Of a stretch of 32,582 nucleotides of DNA, positions 1-8,300 are shown piece by piece. A model generated the notes under the pieces. It saw only the letters and a list, made by a program, of their open reading frames with translations. It ran no database searches and was not told where the DNA came from. Numbering within the stretch: position 1 is the first letter of the stretch; every line of letters starts with the position of its first letter. Origin of the DNA: a virus (Duplodnaviria > Caudoviricetes); the IMG/VR virus record IMGVR_UViG_3300010389_000069, positions 1 through 32,582 of that record; one strand, 5' to 3'. A program made the position numbers and the translations under genes.

Positions 1-4
1 GACC

Positions 5-271
5 ATGATTCGCCCCAACGCACATCAGACCATCGGCAACCTCGGCAGCGGTGCTGATTCAGTGAAGGGCACATGCCCAGTGAATGGCAGCGCAGGCAGC
101 GGGCGAGCATTCACCATCACCCCTGTGGTCGGACTGGGCAGGCAGTGGATTGGAGACAAGGACGCCAACGCTGCCCGTGCCAAGGCACAATACAAAAAAG
201 ATCGAAGGGCAGCAGCGCGTGACCGTGCCAATGGCATGTGGGGCAGCGAGCGCCTCGCCTGCAACTATTGA
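5..271 (+). CDS. Hypothetical basic protein, GC-rich early-region type (start may lie upstream of window)
   Basis: 88-aa ORF in about 60% GC DNA (36/60 in the first line), ending just before a strong terminator. Confidence 0.7.
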   Translation: MIRPNAHQTIGNLGSGADSVKGTCPVNGSAGSGRAFTITPVVGLGRQWIGDKDANAARAKAQYKKDRRAAARDRANGMWGSERLACNY

Positions 272-293
272 GCAGTCGCCCATCCTACCATGC

Positions 294-322
294 CCCCTAG
301 GCAGTCGCCTAGGGGTTTTTTT
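294..322 (+). terminator. Rho-independent terminator
   Basis: CCCCTAGGC-agtc-GCCTAGGGG 9-bp perfect stem followed by T7. Confidence 0.9.
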
Positions 323-403
323 GTACTAGCGGGCGGCCGAGCGAAACCAAAATTGATAGATACTATTAACCTACAAAACTTTGAAAGAGAGCGATATATA
401 TTC

Positions 404-523
404 ATGAAAATAAAAAAATTTTTCCCAAAAAAATTTCGCCCAGAAACTCGCACTACTCTAAGTGAGCAGGTATCATATATTTGGATAACCCTGAGAGAGT
501 TAGTTAGCTTCGCAAAACCATGA
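404..523 (+). CDS. Small hypothetical protein MKIKKFFPKKFRPE... (39 aa)
   Basis: ATG at 404 downstream of the terminator; its stop overlaps the next start (ATGA 520-523), suggesting translational coupling. Confidence 0.5.
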   Translation: MKIKKFFPKKFRPETRTTLSEQVSYIWITLRELVSFAKP

Positions 524-789
524 AAAAAGGTCAACACCTCAGAAGAGCCACCGAGAGGGGCAAATACAATACCGTCCGAGACTTCCAAGAGAAGCAGTAT
601 CGAAAGACAAAGAGGTTAATCAAAGAGACTACGAGGAGTCGCCCTAAGACTTCCAGAAGGCGAAAGAATGACACCGCTGCAGTTGAGGCTATCGCCTGGT
701 TGTGTATCGGTATTATTCTTTTGGTATGGAATGTTATCGAGTGGAGCGTTAATATGCTATATAAAGTAACTGTGAGAGATTCGGTATGA
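520..789 (+). CDS. Hypothetical protein, Arg/Lys-rich N-terminus plus one predicted transmembrane helix
   Basis: 89-aa ORF with hydrophobic AIAWLCIGIILLVWNVI segment; ATGA overlaps at both ends. Confidence 0.65.
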   Translation: MKKGQHLRRATERGKYNTVRDFQEKQYRKTKRLIKETTRSRPKTSRRRKNDTAAVEAIAWLCIGIILLVWNVIEWSVNMLYKVTVRDSV

Positions 790-1028
790 TAAAGAGTCAA
801 CTATATAAGATTGCTGAGGAGATGGGGATTACAGACCTTCTTAAAGCTGCCGCTGAATTTGAAAGAGTGGAGTGTGAGAAGATCTGTAAAGCACTCGCAA
901 TGAATGAGAGGAGAGTTGAAGTAGGCGCAGCACTAAATAGGGCTGCCGATTTAATTAGGTTGCGCGAGGACGACATTCGACTCCCACAGACGGTGCAACC
1001 CAAAGAGTTTATCAAAGTGAAGGAGTAA
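786..1028 (+). CDS. Hypothetical protein
   Basis: 80-aa ORF coupled to its neighbours, helical character. Confidence 0.7.
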   Translation: MIKSQLYKIAEEMGITDLLKAAAEFERVECEKICKALAMNERRVEVGAALNRAADLIRLREDDIRLPQTVQPKEFIKVKE

Positions 1029-1030
1029 CA

Positions 1031-1228
1031 ATGGCATACATTTTAAAAGCACCAAGTTTATCAAAGTTAGCACCAGGAGACATGTATTTCTCCGAAGGTC
1101 GCTGGACAAAAGATGCAACACAAGCAGAAGTATTCAGATTAAAGAAAGATGCTACTGCTGTTGCTAAACGCGAAAACGAGAGTGCATCATCAGTGCATGA
1201 CGTAGAAGTAATCAAATTAGAAAAATGA
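1031..1228 (+). CDS. Hypothetical protein
   Basis: 65-aa ORF with AAGGAG Shine-Dalgarno just upstream. Confidence 0.8.
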   Translation: MAYILKAPSLSKLAPGDMYFSEGRWTKDATQAEVFRLKKDATAVAKRENESASSVHDVEVIKLEK

Positions 1229-1383
1229 AGTATACAAGTCATATTGAATACGACGAGAATAATGATGATTTAATCCTTCCTATTCCTGACGAGATTTTAG
1301 ATAGTCTTGGCTGGGACATTGGAGATGTGCTACAATGGGAATATAATGATGATTCTATTTTACTAAAGAAAGCAGATGTCTGA
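1225..1383 (+). CDS. AbrB/MazE/SpoVT-like DNA-binding domain protein (52 aa, absent from ORF track)
   Basis: Manual translation MKYTSHIEYDENNDDLILPIPDEILDSLGWDIGDVLQWEYNDDSILLKKADV fits the swapped-hairpin pattern (IP-x-E...LG-x-x-x-GD-x-L-x-W); ATGA overlap with the previous gene. Confidence 0.75.
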   Translation: MKYTSHIEYDENNDDLILPIPDEILDSLGWDIGDVLQWEYNDDSILLKKADV

Positions 1384-1696
1384 ATTTAAATTTAATATCG
1401 TTGGTAAAGACGGTAAAGTGATTGAAGACCTGAGATTCGATGATATCGATGCTGTTGCCGACTATATGTTGGATGCAGCAGATAAATGGTATTCAGGTCT
1501 TCAGGACCCTGGTGATAATATTATTATTGAAAGAATCGAAGACGGTAAAGTAGTCTTTGAAGATAAGAGTAGTTTTGGTGGTGATGATTATGGATACAGT
1601 CCTGAAAGAGAGCTTACTGAAGATATTGAGTCAGCTCGACAGTTTATCGTCTCGGATAGAGAAGTTGGAGAATCGGATGAGGCAAGTGCCGAGTGA
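1376..1696 (+). CDS. Acidic hypothetical protein
   Basis: 106-aa ORF overlapping the previous stop by 8 nt. Confidence 0.7.
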   Translation: MSEFKFNIVGKDGKVIEDLRFDDIDAVADYMLDAADKWYSGLQDPGDNIIIERIEDGKVVFEDKSSFGGDDYGYSPERELTEDIESARQFIVSDREVGESDEASAE

Positions 1697-1829
1697 TTTC
1701 ACGATTCGGTATAAACCACCTGGCGAAGACTACAAGAAACTTGATAAAGTGTTAGATTCGTTACACGAGAGACTAAATAGTCTTGAAGATGTTTTGGCAG
1801 GTGAAGAATGCCAGGAGTTGCCAGAGTAG
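1590..1829 (+). CDS. Hypothetical coiled-coil protein (YKPP motif), overlapping the upstream gene
   Basis: ATG at 1590 (or 1584) after GGTGGTG; two heptad helices flanking RYKPPGEDY. Confidence 0.6.
   Translation: MDTVLKESLLKILSQLDSLSSRIEKLENRMRQVPSDFTIRYKPPGEDYKKLDKVLDSLHERLNSLEDVLAGEECQELPE
1772..1779 (+). promoter_or_regulatory. Putative late promoter (ACTAAATA) for the PAAR gene
   Basis: CTAAATA variant of the T4 late -10 box about 30 nt upstream of ATG 1808. Confidence 0.55.
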
Positions 1830-2146
1830 GAGATTATATCAACACAGGGCATCTGTGTGATAATACTGCTACTATTTCTTCTACAAATGCTGCTACCAAT
1901 GTTTATATTAATGGTAAACTAGCAGCTTTACAGGGCACACAGATATCTCCTCATACGATTGAGAGTCAGAGAGGTATAGCACCTCCTGGTCCTCCGACGA
2001 ATCCTTCTATTTGTATACCGCATACAGCAACTGTTAAGGAAGGTAGTAGCACTGTTAGGGCCAATGGTAAGGCACTAGCGCGTCAATATGATGCAGCAGA
2101 TGAGGGAAGTATCACAGGAGGGTCACCAAACGTTAATGCAAACTGA
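1808..2146 (+). CDS. gp5.4: PAAR-repeat baseplate spike tip protein (T4 gp5.4-like)
   Basis: PGVARVGD, NVYINGKLAA, GSSTVRANGKALAR, GSPNV motifs; H-x-C, H and C-x-x-H metal ligands. Confidence 0.92.
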   Translation: MPGVARVGDYINTGHLCDNTATISSTNAATNVYINGKLAALQGTQISPHTIESQRGIAPPGPPTNPSICIPHTATVKEGSSTVRANGKALARQYDAADEGSITGGSPNVNAN

Positions 2147-2154
2147 GAAATTTG

Positions 2155-2163
2155 TGGTATAAT
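2155..2163 (+). promoter_or_regulatory. Extended -10 sigma70-type promoter (TGgTATAAT)
   Basis: TG-n-TATAAT in the intergenic gap upstream of ATG 2189; no good -35. Confidence 0.6.
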
Positions 2164-2188
2164 ACATAGGTTGTTATGGAAATGACTT

Positions 2189-2335
2189 ATGGCAAAATCT
2201 CCAAGTTTCAGTAAGAGCGGTTATGTTGCTGGACCGCCCAAGATGACTCGTCAGGGTCGCTCTAAAAACACTCGATTGAGTGCATCATCACGCAACGGCG
2301 CTAAGAAAAGGTATCGGGGTCAGGGGAAAGGATGA
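2189..2335 (+). CDS. Small basic protein ending RYRGQGKG (48 aa, absent from ORF track)
   Basis: Manual translation MAKSPSFSKSGYVAGPPKMTRQGRSKNTRLSASSRNGAKKRYRGQGKG; own promoter; ATGA overlap with 2332. Confidence 0.8.
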   Translation: MAKSPSFSKSGYVAGPPKMTRQGRSKNTRLSASSRNGAKKRYRGQGKG

Positions 2336-2781
2336 ATAAAGAGGCACATATTAGGGAATGGATTCGCAAACTGGCGGTGTTGCACCCAGAATTGGGAGGT
2401 TTTGCAATCTGTCCCTATGCCTCGGGAGCAAGTTATACTATTATTGAGTGTCTTGTTGGCGATATCGAGCCTATTGAAGGTTTCGATGTCGTCATTTTTG
2501 TTGTAGAACGCGAATTAACGCCTGAAGATGTCGATGAGTGGGTCGAATCTCTCAATGAAATCTATCCAGAGTACGTATTTTTAGAAGATGCGGCAGATAG
2601 AGCGTCGTATATTGGGGAAATTCAGACGAATAACGGGTATTACAACATAATTTTGATGCAAAACAAAGAAAAGTTGCGGAAAATGCGTGAAAAACTGGGG
2701 AATACCCAGTATTACGACTACTGGAGTGATAATTTTTTGCGCGAAGTCCTTAAGGATGACTACGAATTAATCAAAAAATAG
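2332..2781 (+). CDS. Hypothetical protein, DUF1415-like (CPYA motif)
   Basis: 149-aa ORF; LGGFAICPYA and C-terminal YYDYWS motifs. Confidence 0.75.
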   Translation: MNKEAHIREWIRKLAVLHPELGGFAICPYASGASYTIIECLVGDIEPIEGFDVVIFVVERELTPEDVDEWVESLNEIYPEYVFLEDAADRASYIGEIQTNNGYYNIILMQNKEKLRKMREKLGNTQYYDYWSDNFLREVLKDDYELIKK

Positions 2782-2833
2782 GGATAGCAACCCCTCTAAA
2801 AGTTCTGTTTAACCTTTATGGAGAAAACAGATG
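2780..2833 (+). ncRNA. Candidate cis-regulatory RNA (pseudoknot / RBS-sequestering hairpin)
   Basis: AGGG/CCCT stem, loop AGCAAC complementary to GTTCT, and TCTGTTT/AAACAGA stem enclosing the GGAG SD. Confidence 0.4.
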
Positions 2834-3028
2834 GCTAACAATCCAATTCCAGACCATGTTTCGTCGATGATGGAAGATGATTTCGGAACTACAGTGCTAA
2901 TTACTGACCCTAGAAGCGATGCTTTATTGAAAAAAGCACATATGAAGAAGTATGGAGTGCCTGAGAATCGTCTAGAGAAATGGTGTGGCGGTAAGAATGG
3001 ATTTGATGACTATGTAGAATGGTTATGA
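2831..3028 (+). CDS. Hypothetical protein
   Basis: 65-aa ORF with GGAG SD at 2820-2823. Confidence 0.8.
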   Translation: MANNPIPDHVSSMMEDDFGTTVLITDPRSDALLKKAHMKKYGVPENRLEKWCGGKNGFDDYVEWL

Positions 3029-3069
3029 TCGCGTCTCCGACATAGGCGCGAAACTCCGTCAGCAACTGT

Positions 3070-3077
3070 GATAAATA
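3070..3077 (+). promoter_or_regulatory. T4-type late promoter (GATAAATA) for the baseplate operon
   Basis: NATAAATA about 25 nt upstream of the gp25 ATG. Confidence 0.75.
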
Positions 3078-3101
3078 CTTTTGACTCGTAGTGGTGTCTC
3101 T

Positions 3102-3500
3102 ATGCCCACCTTTCAGACATTTAAAGATGTTAGTGTTACCTTTGGTAAGCACCCCAACACTGATGATGTTCTGGTGGCAAAAAATGAGACTGCTATTAAG
3201 ATTGCACTGCAGAATTTAGTGATGACGAGAAGAGGCGAAAGACCTTTTCAACCACTCATTGGTAGCAGGATTCCAGATTTATTATTTGACCTTCTTGATT
3301 TTGCGACTGCTGCTACCATTAGTGATGAAATTTACAGTTTAGTAGACCGATATGAGCGTCGTATTAGACTCGTGAATGTAAATACCACACCCGATTATGA
3401 AAATAATTCATATGACGTTTACATTGAGTATGAAATTATCGGCAGAGAGCTTGACTCGGGTCCATTGACAACCGAACTTCTCCTACAGAGGACGAGATAA
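3102..3500 (+). CDS. gp25: Baseplate wedge subunit gp25 (GPW/gp25 family)
   Basis: AIKIALQNLVMTRRGERPFQPLIGS and YERRIRLVNV motifs; ATG 3102 preferred over TTG 3081; lies just before gp6. Confidence 0.93.
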   Translation: MPTFQTFKDVSVTFGKHPNTDDVLVAKNETAIKIALQNLVMTRRGERPFQPLIGSRIPDLLFDLLDFATAATISDEIYSLVDRYERRIRLVNVNTTPDYENNSYDVYIEYEIIGRELDSGPLTTELLLQRTR

Positions 3501-3503
3501 TCG

Positions 3504-5324
3504 ATGCCATACTCTCAGTTAAACCAACTAGACTTCGCTAACATCAAGACTGCCCTCAAGGAATACATGAGGTCGCAGACAGATTTTACTGACTACGACT
3601 TTGAAGGTAGTGCATTAGCACAACTCATTGATGTATTAGCATACAATACTTACTACACAGCATTCAACACCAACATGGTGGTGAATGAAATGTTTTTGGA
3701 TTCTGCTACTTTAAGAGACAATGTTGTAGCAATCGCAAAACAGTTAGGATATCGCCCAAAAAGTGCAACGGCATCGAAGGCAGTAGTCAACGCAACGCTC
3801 TCCTACACCTCTCCAAATGCCCCTGCAACAGCGATAATGAGACGTGGCAAGGCATTCACTGCCTTATTCGATAATACCGTATATCAGTATAGTATTTTAG
3901 ATGATATTAAGGTGCCCATCAACAATGGCACTGCACTTTTTGAGAATGTAGAGATTTATTCTGGCAATATCATCACAGACTATCATACAGTCAATGCCAA
4001 TCTCAAGAATCAGAGATTTATTCTCAACAACCAAAACATTGACAACACCACAATTCGTGTAAGAGTCTTTCAATCACAGCAATCGACTGCTTTTGAGTTG
4101 TATGACTATGCTGAGAATATTCTCAATGTAGACCCACAGAGTAAAGTTTTCTTCTTGACTGAGATTGAAGATGAAAACTATGAGATTAAGTTTGGCGATG
4201 GAGTCTTTGGTAGAAAACTAGAAGATGGTGAGTATGTCGAGATTTCATATCTCACAACTCCTGGTCCTGCAACAAATGGTGCTAAGATTTTCTCATTTAA
4301 TGGTTTACTAGAAGATGCAGACTTTAGCAGCACCTCATCACAGAATTTAAATGCTCTAGCAGTTACTGTAAACAACATTACTCTTGTTTCACAGTCATCT
4401 GGCGGTGAATATTCAGAAAGTCTTGATAGAATCAAGTTTAATGCAGCAAAAAACTACGCTACTCAAGATAGAGCAGTTACTGCAGAGGACTATAAAGCGA
4501 TTGTAAGGAATTTATACCCATCAGTTGCTGATATTACAGCATTTGGTGGTGAAGAAGATGACCCACCAGAGTATGGGGTTGTAAAAATCGTTGTAAAACC
4601 AAAATATTCAACTGCTCTCACGTCTTTTACCAAAAGAGACTTAGAAAAGAAATTGAAAAAATATAGTGTTGCCTCAGTAACTCCAAAAATTGTCGATCCT
4701 TCGATTCTTTATGTCGAATTGACTTCAAAAATTTATTATAACACTGCGTTAACTACTTATAAGTCAGATAAGATTAAATCTTTGGCAATTAAAAACATTG
4801 AAGACTACATTGAGTTGTCGGATACTGAAAAATTCAATGGAAAATTCCGTTTCAGTAAGTTTGTTGGTGTAATTGATGATTCTGACCCATCAATTATGTC
4901 CAATTTGACGACGGTTGAGATGAGAAAGGATTTTTATCCTGCTCTAAACTCAAAATTCTACTATGAGATTTGTTTTAAGAATCCAATTGTCTCCGATGAC
5001 ATGCCAACCATTCGTAGCACTGGATTTACCGTCCGTGAATACCCCCTAGATACTGTATACATTGAAGATAGAAGTGGTAAGTTGGTCCTTTATAAATTAG
5101 ATAGTGTAACAGGCGAAAAGAAAGTCCTAAACTCTAATCTTGGAGAAATTGATTATGGGACAGGTGAATTGAGAATGTATGATTTGATTATTCTCAAGGG
5201 AAGTTTTAATGATGACAAAATTGAGATTCGTGCAATGCCTGCACAGAATGATATCGTCTCTGCTAGAGAGATGTTCTTAGATGTAGATATCACAAAGAGT
5301 AAATTCACTATTATTCAAGAGTAG
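3504..5324 (+). CDS. gp6: Baseplate wedge subunit gp6
   Basis: LDFANIK...FTDYDFEGSAL...LAYNTYY, FGDGVFG and QDRAVTAEDY motifs. Confidence 0.96.
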   Translation: MPYSQLNQLDFANIKTALKEYMRSQTDFTDYDFEGSALAQLIDVLAYNTYYTAFNTNMVVNEMFLDSATLRDNVVAIAKQLGYRPKSATASKAVVNATLSYTSPNAPATAIMRRGKAFTALFDNTVYQYSILDDIKVPINNGTALFENVEIYSGNIITDYHTVNANLKNQRFILNNQNIDNTTIRVRVFQSQQSTAFELYDYAENILNVDPQSKVFFLTEIEDENYEIKFGDGVFGRKLEDGEYVEISYLTTPGPATNGAKIFSFNGLLEDADFSSTSSQNLNALAVTVNNITLVSQSSGGEYSESLDRIKFNAAKNYATQDRAVTAEDYKAIVRNLYPSVADITAFGGEEDDPPEYGVVKIVVKPKYSTALTSFTKRDLEKKLKKYSVASVTPKIVDPSILYVELTSKIYYNTALTTYKSDKIKSLAIKNIEDYIELSDTEKFNGKFRFSKFVGVIDDSDPSIMSNLTTVEMRKDFYPALNSKFYYEICFKNPIVSDDMPTIRSTGFTVREYPLDTVYIEDRSGKLVLYKLDSVTGEKKVLNSNLGEIDYGTGELRMYDLIILKGSFNDDKIEIRAMPAQNDIVSAREMFLDVDITKSKFTIIQE

Positions 5325-5328
5325 TTAA

Positions 5329-8300
5329 ATGGCTGCAATCAAGAAAAGAATTTCTGCGTTAGTCAATAAGCAATTACCTGACTTTATTTCCGCTGAATAT
5401 CCAAAGTTTTCTGCATTTTTGCAGAAATACTATGAGCAGCTTGAATTAAGGGGACAACCTCTTGACATTATTCAAAATTTAACACAATATTCAGATATTG
5501 ATACCTATGAGAAGGGTCTACTGTCTGAATTTACGACATGTACTGCTAATATTGCTGCTGGTGATACTACTATTAATATTGAAGTATCAGATTCTTTCCC
5601 AGAAACCAATGGTTATGTCTTAATTGACGATGAGGTCATTTTCTATGAGACTAAAACTGATACTACTCTAGAAAATTGCATTAGAAATGTTTCTGGCACT
5701 ACAAAACTTGGTGATTTGTATCATGAGTCTACCTGGAAGCAAGGTGACTATGGAAATGGTGAAGAGCACTTGAGTGGTGCAACTGTTTATAACATTAGCA
5801 ATCTATTTTTGTATGCGTTTGTTAAAAACTATGAAACGCAATACCTAGCGTCCTTCCCAGAAGAGTCACTTAAACCAGAAGTTGACAAAAGGACTCTAAT
5901 CAAAAATATCAAACAGTTTTATAGAGCAAAAGGCACCGACCAGTCAATCAAGTTTATCTTTAACTCGATTGTTGCTCAAGATGCCGAAGATATTCCTTCG
6001 ATTTACTATCCCAAGGAGAGCACACTCAAGGCATCTACTTCTGATTGGATTAATAAGTTTGCTCTAAGAGTAAAAGTCTTATCTGGAGACCCAAATAAGG
6101 CAATTGGTCAAATTTTACGTCAAGAAGAGGATACATACAACACTAATGTTGGTAATGCATTTGCGACGATTGATAATGTCAACTTTTTAGGCAACTATGA
6201 TGGTGAAAGCATCTATGAAGTTGCTCTAGCACCAGAAACTATTGTTGGTGAATTTGCAGTAGCACAAAAAACCTTTTTGACAAGCAGATTGTTACCTGCT
6301 GCCAACACTAATAGCAGAATTGACGTATTTTCAACCACTGGATGGAAAACTGAGAAAGGTAAGGTTGAAATTGGTGGAGAGACGTTTACATATAAGGACA
6401 AAAACGTCAATCAGTTTGTAATCGAAAGTAGAAACGGAAATGGTGACTATCCAGTCAATACTCCAGTGTATAACTATGCTAATCTTAGTGCCACCTATGA
6501 AGAGAATGGTGTAGAATACACTGTAAGGTTTGTTTGCTATGGCATTTTATATAATTTGAATGTTTCTTCAGCAAGTCCTTATTCTACTGAAGGTGATGAA
6601 GTCCAAATCAGCGATTCTGGTTTTGAAACAAGAAATACTGTCATTTATGACAAGTCACAATCTGATGTAAGGTGGAAAATTAACAATTCCATCACAAAGA
6701 GCTCTATTTCTGGGTTGAGTGAGGTGTTGACCGATGTTCAGGCGATTTATGAGGACGAGCAGTACTATTACATTGCTTCTTCTGGACTTCCAAGTTATAC
6801 TATTGGCACTTTTAGCAATTTAAGTCCTAGAGACCAAAAATTCCTCAAATTGATTCGCAAAGAGTCGATTAGAAACACAGAATTGTATCCAACGCCAACT
6901 AGAGACATTGGTATCTTCTTAAATGGCGTAGTTGCTTATGGTTACAAAGATTATGATGAAAATGATGTTGTATTTGGTGGTGTAACTCATTTTACCGTCA
7001 CTGAAAAGGGTAGTGGTTATAAAGCAGCACCTTTTGTGCTTATTGATGGTGATAAGGAAGCTGTAGGCAAAGCAAAACTCTCTGGTGAAGTTGTCGAGAG
7101 TATCGAAGTCGTAAATCCTGGTCAAAACTACAATTCAAATCCAGCGGTCACTATTACTTCTGGTAGAGGAGCAATTGTTACGGCAACGGTCACTAAAGAT
7201 AAGGTAACTCAACTTACAATTGTTGACCCAGGTGAGTATTACTCATCACCACCTCTAATTGTCATCAGAGACTCTCTTGGAAGCGGTAGACTGGCAGAAT
7301 ACACTGCCATCGTATCCAATGAAGGTAAACTAATTGGATTTAACAAAATTGCCGAAGGTAAATTCTACACACAAGCAAATGTGAGCGTAGAAGTCGTTGC
7401 TGTTGGTAAAGGTGCCGAAGCTACTGCTTCTGTAAAGCGTTGGAAGAAGAATCGCTTTGAAGTCACAACAAAAGATGCAGAGAATGGTGCATTGTTTGAA
7501 AATTTCACAAAATCCTTTGGATATGGTTATGCACACCTAGGAAACCCACAACAACTAAGAACAGACCTCGGTGATACTAATTCTAACGCGCATTCTCCAA
7601 TTATTGGATATGCTTATGATGGAAACCCAATTTATGGTCCATATGGTTACAGTGACCCTCTAGACCCAACTTCTGGTATCGATAGAATGCTCTCCAGTTG
7701 GAGAATTAAGAATAGACGCGATTCTGATGGTCCAGATTCAGCAATATACCCATTAGGGTCATTTATTGCAGATTATTACTATCAACATCGTTTTGGTGAC
7801 CTAGATGAGAATAATGGTCGTTACTGTGTAACACCAGATTATCCAAATGGTGTATATGCTTACTTCATTACAGTAAGTGCTGGTGGCACACCAGTATTTC
7901 CATATATCTTGGGTGAAAGATTCTATTCCATCCCAGTTGAGTCTAATTACAACTCTTCTATCAATCAACTTAACGTCCCATCAAAAGCGAGACGTTTAAA
8001 AACTGCTATCACACCAAATAATGGTGTTTCTGCAACTGCAATTATTGAAACTACTAAAGAAGGTAGTATTACCTCATCTGTCGTAGAATCATCACCTTCC
8101 AATTTTGCTGTTGGCAATCAAGTCTTTTTAGATAATAGAAATACTAACGGAAGTGGAGCCGTTTGTGAGGTTTCTCGTTTAAAAGGAAAAACTGTTTCTT
8201 CAATTGAATCTACAGAAACCAAAGCAGTAAAAATTACATCTAAGAATCCTGTATACTTCTTTGACAAATCAATTATCACACAAGAAGGCACTAATGCTAG

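Noticed and set aside
272-309. GCAGTCGCC 9-nt direct repeat (272-280, 301-309) as an antiterminator or att site
   Set aside because: Only two short copies in GC-rich DNA; alternative pairing is too weak and there is no integrase
290-403. Extended start of ORF 290-523
   Set aside because: It would run through the terminator hairpin; ATG 404 is more plausible
2770-2806. Stop-codon readthrough or frameshift pseudoknot at the end of the DUF1415-like gene
   Set aside because: The stem overlaps the stop with no spacer, and a second in-frame TAG follows two codons later
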